From: an uncultured virus (IMG/VR IMGVR_UViG_3300046519_000252)
Taxonomy: Duplodnaviria > Heunggongvirae > Uroviricota > Caudoviricetes
DNA: 64,000 nucleotides
Direction: 5' to 3' (one strand)
Virus record (IMG/VR): IMGVR_UViG_3300046519_000252
Below, one piece after another: positions 55,585 through 64,000 of this stretch. Under the pieces are notes generated by a model. That model was not told where the DNA came from. It saw only the letters and a program-made list of their open reading frames with translations, and made no database searches. Each line of letters begins with the position of its first letter. Position 1 is the first letter of the stretch. Position numbers and translations under genes: made by a program.

Positions 55585-58500
55585 GTGTCCGGAACGTATT
55601 CGGCCGGAGACATCGAAGCCTCCCTCAAGTTAGACCGGTCTGACTTCAACCGGGAACTCACGCAGGCCAAGCGGGATGCCGAGGATTTCCAGAGTCAGAA
55701 GTACTCCCCGAAGGTTTCTCTGGATGACACCGAGGCCAAGGCGAAAATCCAGTCGCTCAAGCAGGAACTCCAGAGTCTTCACAACATCACGGTCAGTGCC
55801 GCGTTATCAGGGTTTGACGGGGTCACTACGCAGTTAGCAGCCCTCCAGGCGCAAGCCGACCACCTGAATGGCATGGTCATCACGATCCGTGCCGATGTGG
55901 ACACGTCCGCAGCTGCAAGAGGCCTGATCTGGTTAGACGAGTCGATCACGGCAATGAACACCCGGAGTATCAACATCCACGCGGATGTTGATACTCGCGT
56001 TGCTGCGGCATCCCTGGCGGCTCTGAGAGCGGCGGCGGCGGATCCGATCACCATTCGTACCCGTACGGACGGGGATAATCCCACCCCCGATCCGGGGGTG
56101 CCCGGCGAACCCGGCGACCGCAACCGGAACCGGAGAATCGGCGGTGGGGACGGCAACAGCGCGCTCTTTTCCAAGCTGTTCAGCCTCCCGGGGCTCATCG
56201 CCGCCGTGGCCCCTCAGATTCCCGCGCTCACCACACTGCTTGGGGGCGCTACCGCAGCTGTTACTTCCTTCGGTGTCGCGGCCGGTGGTGCTCTCGGTAT
56301 CTACGGGGCCGCCACGATGGGTGCTGTCAAGCAGGCGACAGCGCACGAGAAAGCCGTCCAGTCGACCGACAAGGCCCTCCAGGCGGCCCAGGCCCGGCTT
56401 GCTGGAACCACGGCCGGTACGACGGCGTACAAGAACGCCCTGAAGGCTGCTACGGAGGCGGAGAAGGCCCACAAGAAGGCTCTGGACGACCTCACGCCGT
56501 CGGAGAAGTTGTTCACGGACTCCCTGAACAACACTCAGACCGCCTGGAAGCAGTTCATCGGGGCTACCGAGGCCTACACCCTCCTGCCGGTCAGCACGGT
56601 GCTTCAGGGAGTCACCGCAGCTCTGCCCAAGTTCATTCCCCTGGTCAAGGACTTGGCGCCGGTTGTACAGGGTGTCGCGGTCAGCCTGAAGGAGTGGATG
56701 TCGGGTGACGGGCTGGTCCGGTTCGTCGACTTCCTGCGTACCTATGGCGTGCCGATCGTCAAGAACACGATCGAGGGGTTCAAGGGCTTTCTGACGGCGG
56801 GTGGGGCGATCATCCGGGCGTTCGGTCCGTGGGCCGAAAAGATGTCCGAGTTCTTCAAGCACATCGGAGAAGAGGCGGACAAGTGGGGCCGGAACGGGGG
56901 ACCGGAGCGCTTCAAGGACAGCGTCAAGCGGGCGTGGGTCCAGGTTGAGCCGATCCTGACCGGGCTATGGAAACTCGCCAGGCATGTGTGGGACGTTCTC
57001 AACGGAACCGGGCAAAGCAACGGCTCCGCTTTGGCGAATGTGATCAGTGGCGTCGGTACGGCCGTCGGCACCGTCAAGCCCGCAGCGGTCAAGGCCTTCA
57101 CCGAGATCTTCACGTCTATCTCTGACGTTGCTGTGCAGCTGGCACCCGTTATCGGGATCACATCCAAAGCCATCGTGGACATCATCAACGTGCTGCCTCC
57201 CGGCACGATCCGGGCCATCGCAGACGCCATGATCGCGTGGAAGCTGGCTATGCTCGGCTGGAGCGCCGCTGTCGCTATATGGACGGGTCTGACCGTCGTA
57301 TTCGGTTTGGCGATGGACGCCTGGCTCCTGTTGAGTCTTGCTTTCGCACTGTCCCCGCTCGGGGTCATCATCACAGGTGTTGTCCTGCTTATCGGCGTCA
57401 TTGTCCTGATCGCCACAAAAACCACGTGGTTCCAGACAATTTGGAAATACACCTGGAATGCGATCAAGGTTGCCTGGGACTACACCTGGAGCGCCATCAA
57501 GACCGCGTTCAGTGCCACGGTCGAATTCTTGCGTGGCAAGTTCGGACTGCTTGCCCTGCTGCTTGGCCCTATCGGCGCCATCGCCTGGATTGCTGCGAAC
57601 TGGCAGAAGGTCTGGGGCGTCATCAAGGGCGTCTGGAACGACATAGTTGCAGGCGCTCTGTGGCTGTGGGGCTACATCAAACCGGTGTTTCACGGAATCG
57701 CGGTCGCCTTCGAAACAATGGCCATGATCTTTTGGAAGGTGCATGTCACCATCATCAAGGTCGTGTTCATCCTGCTGGAAGCAGCCGTCAAGGCGCTCTG
57801 GGTGTTCGTCCTCAAGCCGGTGTTCGGGTGGATCGCCGCAGGCTGGCACGCCCTGGGTGACGGCATCATGTGGGTCTGGCATCACGTCATCAAGGCCGCC
57901 TGGGACCAAGTTGCAGCAGGGGCGGGCTGGGTGTGGACACACGGGATCAAGCCTGCGATTGGAAAGATCACGGATGCCTGGCACGCCATGGGCGACGGCG
58001 TCATGTGGGTCTGGCGTCACCTGATCAAACCGGCTTTCGATCTGGTGGCCGGGGGCTCCACCACCTTGTGGAAGAACCACATCTCGCCGTCCTTCGACGG
58101 GATCAAGGCCACCATCAGCTCAAAGTGGGATTGGCTCAAGAAGTGGGTCTTCAGCCCGATGGGGACGTTCTTCACCAAGATCATCCCTGGATGGGCCGAT
58201 CTGATGAAGGGCAAGCTGATCACGGCCTTCGACACAGCCTGGAAGGGCATTCAGAAGGTCTGGGACAACGTCAAAAAGGCGATCGGTTCGCCTATTTACC
58301 TGGTGGCCAAATACGTCTGGAATGATGCGATTTACGGCATCATGAACAAGATCAGCGGATTCGTACACCAGAAGAACCCGCTCGGGAAAATTCCGCTGGA
58401 CAACATCCCGCACTTCGCAGCCGGTGGCCCGGTGCGCGGCGGCACCCCGGGCAAGGACTCGGTTCTGTCCATGCTGATGCCTGATGAACACGTCCTCACC

Positions 58501-60297
58501 CGCGAAGACGTGGCAGCCATGGGCGGACAGCAGGCAGTTGCCCGTTTCCGCTCCGCCCTGCACGGAGGAGCCCCGGTCCAAGGCGCCAACAACACCGGCT
58601 ACTTCGGCATCGGCGGCTGGATCGGTGATGCAGGTTCCGCCCTGGCCGGGACCGTCAGCAAGGGTCTGGGCGTGCTCAAGGACGCCGTCCTGGGCGCTGT
58701 GGGTGTCGTAGCCAACCCGCTCCTGAACGCGGCCGAAAAGACCGTCAACACGCTCATCCCGGCGGACGGCGGATGGCACAACCTGGCCAACGGGGCTATG
58801 AAGCAGCCCATTGAGTGGATCAAGAGCTTCATCAACAAGGAAGACAAGAAGGCGCAGAGCGTCGGGGGAGTCATCCCGGCCGGACAGCACCTCGCGATCA
58901 TCGACGCGGCACTGAAGGCCGCCGGTGCCCCGCCGCCCGGAACCAAGGAGCAGTGGGAAGCCGGGATGAACACGCTGATCCAGCGTGAGTCCGGGTGGAA
59001 CGCCTCCGCCATCAACAACTGGGACAGCAACGCGAAGGCAGGTCACCCGTCTCAGGGTCTGACGCAGACGATCCCGTCCACGTTCGCCGCGTATGTTCCG
59101 CCCGCGCTGCGGAGCCTGGGCATCCTCAACCCGATCGCCAACGTCGCGGCCTCCGTCCGCTACATCAAGTCCGTGTACGGCGGTATCCAGAACGTCCAGC
59201 AGGCGAACGCCAACAAGGCCCCCAAGGGCTACTGGACGGGTACCGACGGGGCGGCCCCGGGCCTTGCGTGGGTCGGTGAGAAGGGCCCCGAGCTGGTCGA
59301 GTTCCATGGCGGCGAGGTCGTTCACAACCACATCGACTCCGCGCGTATGGCGGCGACCGGCAGCCTGCCCGGCTACGCCTCCGGTACCAAGAAGCAGCGG
59401 GCCGCCGTCCGTCATGCCTACAACGAGCGGGACAACGACACGGACCGCCGTAACGCGGCCCAGAAGTCTTATAACGCGGCTCACACGAAGTACCTGAATG
59501 CCACCACGGTCAAGGAGCAGCAGGCCGCGCGCAAGGAAATGGACAAGTACGAGAAGCGGATCAACAACGCGAACAAGGAGATCGCGGCCGACAACAAGTT
59601 GATCAAGCTGAACGACAAGCGGTACAAGGATGCTTCGGCGGCGGTCCGCAAGGAGCGGGCGGACGCTGCGGCCCTGGAAGCCGCCCGCAAGAAGTCGCAG
59701 AACGCGCAGATCTCGGCAATCAGGACGGCGATCCAGAACAGGATCAACGCCGTGAAGGCCGAGATCGACGCAAAGATCCAGGTAGCTACCGATGCTCGTA
59801 ACGGCTACTACGACGCGGCGAAGCAGAGCGGGCAACTGACCAACCTGACGGGCAACCGGGCGGCCGGGTTCACCCAGCAGCTCCAGGCCAAGATCACGGC
59901 TATCAAGAACTTCCAGGCCAACTTGCACAAGCTGGCCACCCTTGGTCTGTCCCAGGGTGTTATCCAGCAGATCGCGGCAATGGGTCCGGACCAGGGTGGG
60001 GCGCTTGCTCAGTCGCTTGCCCGGACAACGACGGCAGCCGACGCGAAGGATCTGAACGCGAAATACGCGGAGCTGGACAAGGTCTCTGGACAGTACGCGG
60101 ATTCCGCTGCCAATGACGGGTTCGGGTTGAGCAAGCTCAAGGCAGAATCCGCTGTCCTGTCCAAGACGAAAATTACTGTTACAGCACCTCATACGATCAT
60201 GGTTACTATTGACGGAAAGACCTTCAAGGCCCACACGGAAGCGACCGTGGATGCGAAGGTGACCGAGATCGTAGCCGCTGCCGGAAAGAAGAAGTGA
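55585..60297 (+). CDS. Tape measure protein with lytic transglycosylase domain
   Basis: 1570 aa; W-periodic repeats; RESGWN..AINNWDSNA..G.PSQGL.Q.I..TF; WVGEKGPE. Confidence 0.9.
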   Translation: MSGTYSAGDIEASLKLDRSDFNRELTQAKRDAEDFQSQKYSPKVSLDDTEAKAKIQSLKQELQSLHNITVSAALSGFDGVTTQLAALQAQADHLNGMVITIRADVDTSAAARGLIWLDESITAMNTRSINIHADVDTRVAAASLAALRAAAADPITIRTRTDGDNPTPDPGVPGEPGDRNRNRRIGGGDGNSALFSKLFSLPGLIAAVAPQIPALTTLLGGATAAVTSFGVAAGGALGIYGAATMGAVKQATAHEKAVQSTDKALQAAQARLAGTTAGTTAYKNALKAATEAEKAHKKALDDLTPSEKLFTDSLNNTQTAWKQFIGATEAYTLLPVSTVLQGVTAALPKFIPLVKDLAPVVQGVAVSLKEWMSGDGLVRFVDFLRTYGVPIVKNTIEGFKGFLTAGGAIIRAFGPWAEKMSEFFKHIGEEADKWGRNGGPERFKDSVKRAWVQVEPILTGLWKLARHVWDVLNGTGQSNGSALANVISGVGTAVGTVKPAAVKAFTEIFTSISDVAVQLAPVIGITSKAIVDIINVLPPGTIRAIADAMIAWKLAMLGWSAAVAIWTGLTVVFGLAMDAWLLLSLAFALSPLGVIITGVVLLIGVIVLIATKTTWFQTIWKYTWNAIKVAWDYTWSAIKTAFSATVEFLRGKFGLLALLLGPIGAIAWIAANWQKVWGVIKGVWNDIVAGALWLWGYIKPVFHGIAVAFETMAMIFWKVHVTIIKVVFILLEAAVKALWVFVLKPVFGWIAAGWHALGDGIMWVWHHVIKAAWDQVAAGAGWVWTHGIKPAIGKITDAWHAMGDGVMWVWRHLIKPAFDLVAGGSTTLWKNHISPSFDGIKATISSKWDWLKKWVFSPMGTFFTKIIPGWADLMKGKLITAFDTAWKGIQKVWDNVKKAIGSPIYLVAKYVWNDAIYGIMNKISGFVHQKNPLGKIPLDNIPHFAAGGPVRGGTPGKDSVLSMLMPDEHVLTREDVAAMGGQQAVARFRSALHGGAPVQGANNTGYFGIGGWIGDAGSALAGTVSKGLGVLKDAVLGAVGVVANPLLNAAEKTVNTLIPADGGWHNLANGAMKQPIEWIKSFINKEDKKAQSVGGVIPAGQHLAIIDAALKAAGAPPPGTKEQWEAGMNTLIQRESGWNASAINNWDSNAKAGHPSQGLTQTIPSTFAAYVPPALRSLGILNPIANVAASVRYIKSVYGGIQNVQQANANKAPKGYWTGTDGAAPGLAWVGEKGPELVEFHGGEVVHNHIDSARMAATGSLPGYASGTKKQRAAVRHAYNERDNDTDRRNAAQKSYNAAHTKYLNATTVKEQQAARKEMDKYEKRINNANKEIAADNKLIKLNDKRYKDASAAVRKERADAAALEAARKKSQNAQISAIRTAIQNRINAVKAEIDAKIQVATDARNGYYDAAKQSGQLTNLTGNRAAGFTQQLQAKITAIKNFQANLHKLATLGLSQGVIQQIAAMGPDQGGALAQSLARTTTAADAKDLNAKYAELDKVSGQYADSAANDGFGLSKLKAESAVLSKTKITVTAPHTIMVTIDGKTFKAHTEATVDAKVTEIVAAAGKKK

Positions 60298-60298
60298 C

Positions 60299-61627
60299 AT
60301 GCCGGTTGTAGTCCCTACCGGAGCCCCGGTCTCCTCTTCAACAACGGATTCCACCTCGTTCGACAGCCGTATCCGGGTTATCGACGACCCGGCTTTCGGC
60401 GGCGTCCGAATCAAGATCGATTACTCGCTGGACCTCAACTTATGGTCCAGCCCCTTCCAGTGCACGGTCTACCGGAAGCACGATGACGGCTCCGTGTACA
60501 CCGTGCGAGGGGGCGACCCCTACCTGAACTACACAGGCAAGGGCTGGCTGTATGACCAGGAAGCCCCTTTGGGCCAGCCCGTGTCCTACTACGTCGTCCC
60601 TGTCGACGCCGACGGCACCTCCGGTGTCCAGTCCGCCGCCGCCTCCATCATCACCGGGACGCCCGCCGGGGGCTTCAACGCGCCGGATATGTGGCTGGTC
60701 AATCTGGCCGACCCCAGCGCCTCCCTCCGGGTTCGCGGTACCAGCACGCTTTCCGGTAACTACAACGGACGCAGCGACAAACAGGTTGTCCTCGGCAGCC
60801 CCTACCCCACAGTGACCCCGGACACCCGGAACGGTCTGAGCACCCAGATAACCGTGCTCACGGTAGGAAAACAGGAGTTCCTTGCCATGCAGGAACTCCT
60901 GAAACAGAGCATCATCATGAGGAAGTCGTCATTATGGGAGCGCCCTGACGGCTATTTCACTGTAGACGATGTTTCTTACGCCTCACAGGCCGCCGCAACC
61001 GGTCGCGGCGTGTACGCGTGGCAGATGAGCCTCACCGAGGTAGGCCGCCCCAACACGTACGGGCAGACCGTGGCCAGCCCCTCCTTCACATTCAAGGCAT
61101 ACCAGGCTCAGTACCCGCTGTTCAGCGACGCCCCCGCACTGCCCTTCGATGCCATCCAGGGGGGCAACGTCATGGACCCCAACACGTCCAGCCTGGAAAC
61201 CGACGCCTCACAGTGGGTGGCAAACACCAACACGACGATCGCGTGGTCGGCAGCCCAGGCCAAGCAGGGCACGCACTCCCTGAAGATGACCGCCACAGCG
61301 GCGGGTGTTTTCGGAGCGTTCACGGGGCCGCGTTTCCCAGTGAACCCCAACAGCACGTACACCTTCACCGCGTGGCTGTACAGCCCGAACGGGCTGGTGG
61401 CAGACCTTCAGCTCGACTGGAAAGACGGCGCAGGCATCTACCTCTCCAGCGACTCCCTTGGCGAGTGGGGTCTGACCGTGGCCCTTACCCCGAACATCTG
61501 GACCAAGGTGATCCTGGCCGTCAAGCCGGTCCCCGGGTCTGCCCTGGTCACACCGCTGGTCCGCCTGACGGCGACAGCGGGAGGTCAGATCGGCTACGCG
61601 GATGCCATGACGCTGGAGAACATCTGA
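60299..61627 (+). CDS. Distal tail/minor tail protein with carbohydrate-binding-like C-domain
   Basis: D.EAPLG..V.Y; C-terminal beta-sandwich (N.S.E...W...G.HSL...YTF.AW). Confidence 0.7.
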   Translation: MPVVVPTGAPVSSSTTDSTSFDSRIRVIDDPAFGGVRIKIDYSLDLNLWSSPFQCTVYRKHDDGSVYTVRGGDPYLNYTGKGWLYDQEAPLGQPVSYYVVPVDADGTSGVQSAAASIITGTPAGGFNAPDMWLVNLADPSASLRVRGTSTLSGNYNGRSDKQVVLGSPYPTVTPDTRNGLSTQITVLTVGKQEFLAMQELLKQSIIMRKSSLWERPDGYFTVDDVSYASQAAATGRGVYAWQMSLTEVGRPNTYGQTVASPSFTFKAYQAQYPLFSDAPALPFDAIQGGNVMDPNTSSLETDASQWVANTNTTIAWSAAQAKQGTHSLKMTATAAGVFGAFTGPRFPVNPNSTYTFTAWLYSPNGLVADLQLDWKDGAGIYLSSDSLGEWGLTVALTPNIWTKVILAVKPVPGSALVTPLVRLTATAGGQIGYADAMTLENI

Positions 61628-62775
61628 TGCTCACTCACTCGGAACGCCTGGGACGGATGCTGGCCGACGGCACTCCGCTGAAGATCGAACCGGTACTGGA
61701 GTGGTCCCCGGACTGGGCCAACTGGTATCCGCTGGACATCCTTGGCGGCAGCCACACCCAGGACCGCACGAGTACCGTCCGGTGGACCATGAGCTGCACC
61801 GTGGCGAAGAACATCCCGGTGGGGTTCGACGGCATCCACCCCTATGGCTGCCGTCTCCGGCTCCAACTGGCTGTGTCCTTCCTGGGGTCGTCACCCGAAT
61901 ACATCCCCGCAGGCCTGTATTCGGTCACGTCGGTCACAGAGAACTTCAACAACCTGGGTATCGCAGGCTCCAGTTTCGAACAGGATGTCATCGACAGCAC
62001 GTTTCCCGTGGTCCGGAACCTGCCGGACAACCGCTCGATGACCTACCGCAGGCAAGCGGAAAAACTGATCTCCGAAGCTGTTCCGGACGCCCGGTACCTC
62101 TGGGATCCCCGGCTGTCCGCGAACGCCGCCATGACCTCCATGGCCGTAGACAGTGACCGCTGGTCGGTCATCCACGGGACCGCCAACGACGCATCTGTGG
62201 CCACAGCGCTCGGTGCGGACGCCCTCTGCGATGCTTCGGGAGCGTTCTCTTTCGTCCGGCGCCCTTCCCTCGCAGACGATCCTGTGTGGGCGGTTTCTGA
62301 GGACACGCAGACCAAGATCTCTTCGACGTTCGCCTACGACCGGCAGAACGTGTTCAACCTTGTCGTAGTCACCGGGACCCCTGCCGATGGCGGCAGTCCG
62401 GTCGGCCCCGTGTTCGTGTGGGACGACGATCCGTACTCCCCGACCTACGCAGGCCCGGATCCCGTGAACCATCCGGAACTCGCAGGGCACTTCGGAGTCA
62501 AGCCCTACCGGTACGACTCCCCGCTCATCACCAGCGACCGGCAGGCCTGGCAGGTCGGTCACGCAATCCTGGCCGACCTCGTAGGCGAATCCAAGACGGT
62601 GTCCTTTTCAGGCCGCTACAACCCCTGCCAGGAAGCCGGAGACGTCGTCCTGATCACCCGGGCGGACGGACAGCCGGAAGGCCACCTGGTGGACTCTCTC
62701 AGCTACACGTGGGCCTCGGGCGCCGCGTCCTACACCACGCGTAGTACCAAGCAGGAGGTCACCGTTCATGTCTGA
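61627..62775 (+). CDS. Baseplate hub/minor tail protein (DUF5047-like)
   Basis: PYG.RL...G.Y...DRW...N.VVV.G...FG.KP..Y.SPL. Confidence 0.75.
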   Translation: MLTHSERLGRMLADGTPLKIEPVLEWSPDWANWYPLDILGGSHTQDRTSTVRWTMSCTVAKNIPVGFDGIHPYGCRLRLQLAVSFLGSSPEYIPAGLYSVTSVTENFNNLGIAGSSFEQDVIDSTFPVVRNLPDNRSMTYRRQAEKLISEAVPDARYLWDPRLSANAAMTSMAVDSDRWSVIHGTANDASVATALGADALCDASGAFSFVRRPSLADDPVWAVSEDTQTKISSTFAYDRQNVFNLVVVTGTPADGGSPVGPVFVWDDDPYSPTYAGPDPVNHPELAGHFGVKPYRYDSPLITSDRQAWQVGHAILADLVGESKTVSFSGRYNPCQEAGDVVLITRADGQPEGHLVDSLSYTWASGAASYTTRSTKQEVTVHV

Positions 62776-63529
62776 GGCTGCGAACCTGCTGTCCAAACTC
62801 ACTCAAAACGACCGCGCCGTAAAAACGCTCCGAGCCACTGTCTCCTCCTACCGGGAAGACGGAACGGTCAACCTCAGCTACGGCACATCACGTATGTACG
62901 GGATCCCCTGCCTGGCCTCCTACACCGCGCGGGCTATCGGGGACGTGGTGCAGGTGCTGGACCTCGGCAACAGCGTCTGGGTGGTCCTGGGGCGTATCGG
63001 CGGGACCGACTCCGGGTTTGTCGGCCCCGCTGCCCAGAACAGCGGATACCAGCAGTACTACCTGGACACTCTGACCAGCCGGGGTACAACGGATATCGGG
63101 TACGAAGGCTATATAGGATCTTCCGGCGCCGACAAAGAGCGGCCCCTCATGCTGGCATGGTCCTACTACAACGGCTTTGCCAACACGATGAACCTCGCTT
63201 TCTCACCCAAGACCTCCGCAACGGTTTACGTCGCCCGCAGCAACCGGTTACACGGACAGCGGGAAGCGGTGGAAATGCGGCTCTGCCCGCACAACTACAA
63301 CACGCTTCCGAGCACCATCACACTGGATACAGCGTCTTTCAGTCCCGTCAATTTCCGGCTGGAAGTAGGGGAAGTACGAGCCATCCCCTTGCCCGCAGAC
63401 TGGTTTGCGGCAGCCGCCGCAGGCACCCCGACCATCAAGGGGTTCGCCGTCCAGCCCATCACGGTAAGCCCATCAACGTCGGGTTACGCGATTTTCAGTC
63501 CCACATCGGGCGGTTACCGCACGTTTTAA
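62768..63529 (+). CDS. Minor tail protein
   Basis: L.SY....GD.V.V...VLGRI; synteny. Confidence 0.65.
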   Translation: MSEAANLLSKLTQNDRAVKTLRATVSSYREDGTVNLSYGTSRMYGIPCLASYTARAIGDVVQVLDLGNSVWVVLGRIGGTDSGFVGPAAQNSGYQQYYLDTLTSRGTTDIGYEGYIGSSGADKERPLMLAWSYYNGFANTMNLAFSPKTSATVYVARSNRLHGQREAVEMRLCPHNYNTLPSTITLDTASFSPVNFRLEVGEVRAIPLPADWFAAAAAGTPTIKGFAVQPITVSPSTSGYAIFSPTSGGYRTF

Positions 63530-63564
63530 TCGGTATAGTTGTTCGACAGTAAAGGAGGGAATCC

Positions 63565-64000
63565 GTGGGAGCCACGTACAGCGCGTTTTCTGCACTTCCG
63601 GTGCCGGATACCGCAGCCAACAATGACGTCCCCTACTGGTTATCCCAGCTGGTAGCCGTCATGGATACCAAACTTCTGCTCACCGCCACCTCCACGACGG
63701 ACCGGGACAGCCGGTACTTCAACGCACCGTCAGGAGTGCTCTGCGTCGTCCGCGACGGCACTGGGGCGATTCTCGGCGTGTACGTGAAGACGTCCAACGC
63801 AGGGACGTCTGTCTGGGCTACTGTCTGGGCCGCCCCCGTTCCGCAAGTGCCGGTCAACATCCCCCTCTCGGACGGCGTGCAGGTAACGAACGGTAAACCG
63901 CCTGTTGCTGTTTACAACCCGGCGGTAAACACGTGGTCACTCTGGGGAAACGTCGCTTTCACCAACGGCACCAATATCCCGACCAACACCATTCTCGGAA
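63565..64000 (+). CDS. Minor tail/fibre protein, 3'-truncated by window edge
   Basis: AAGGAGG RBS, GTG start, open to the window end. Confidence 0.6.
   Translation, partial: MGATYSAFSALPVPDTAANNDVPYWLSQLVAVMDTKLLLTATSTTDRDSRYFNAPSGVLCVVRDGTGAILGVYVKTSNAGTSVWATVWAAPVPQVPVNIPLSDGVQVTNGKPPVAVYNPAVNTWSLWGNVAFTNGTNIPTNTILG

Noticed and set aside
61018..61626. Upstream part of the 585-aa ORF
   Set aside because: It overlaps the Dit gene; the real start is the TGATG-coupled ATG at 61627.
1..64000. Integrase, CI-type repressor, DNA polymerase, endolysin/holin
   Set aside because: None recognised in this window; they may lie outside it, so lifestyle inferences remain provisional.

Overview
This window is a ~64 kb internal part of a GC-rich long-tailed (siphovirus-like) phage genome. 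The host is most likely Streptomyces or a related actinomycete; this is inferred from GC content, TerD, DUF2637 and HrdB-like promoters. The left ~30 kb is an accessory/early region of many short genes that diverge from a non-coding block at ~8.6-9.0 kb. Most transcription units there start at a shared promoter/operator motif (TTG-N3-N17/18-TAGGGT-AGATA; 19 exact and about 7 near copies of TAGGGTAGATA). This region encodes a primase-polymerase, ParA plus a partner, a DUF2637 protein, TerD, two NlpC/P60-type enzymes, a deaminase, an ADP-ribosylglycohydrolase, an Acb2/Tad1-like protein, an AcrVA2/FinQ-like protein, a 3'-5' exonuclease and tRNA-Leu(CAA). From ~30.4 kb a late module runs on the + strand: intein-bearing metallophosphoesterase, intein-bearing large terminase, portal, MuF-like protein and a 1839-aa protein with kinase-like and ADP-ribosyltransferase domains. 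After an opposite-strand helicase-like gene, a second copy of an ori-like element and a frameshifted HNH gene, it continues with protease/scaffold, capsid, head-tail, tail tube, frameshifted chaperones, tape measure and baseplate genes. No integrase is seen. Main hypotheses: (1) rare TTA codons sit at the 5' ends of many late genes, suggesting virion synthesis is gated by the host bldA tRNA; (2) a virion-packaged kinase+ART effector is paired with a separately promoted small gene and an eraser enzyme; (3) a leader RNA with three tRNA T-loop hairpins precedes terD; (4) one promoter/operator motif controls a genome-wide regulon. All family calls come from motif recognition by eye; no searches were run.
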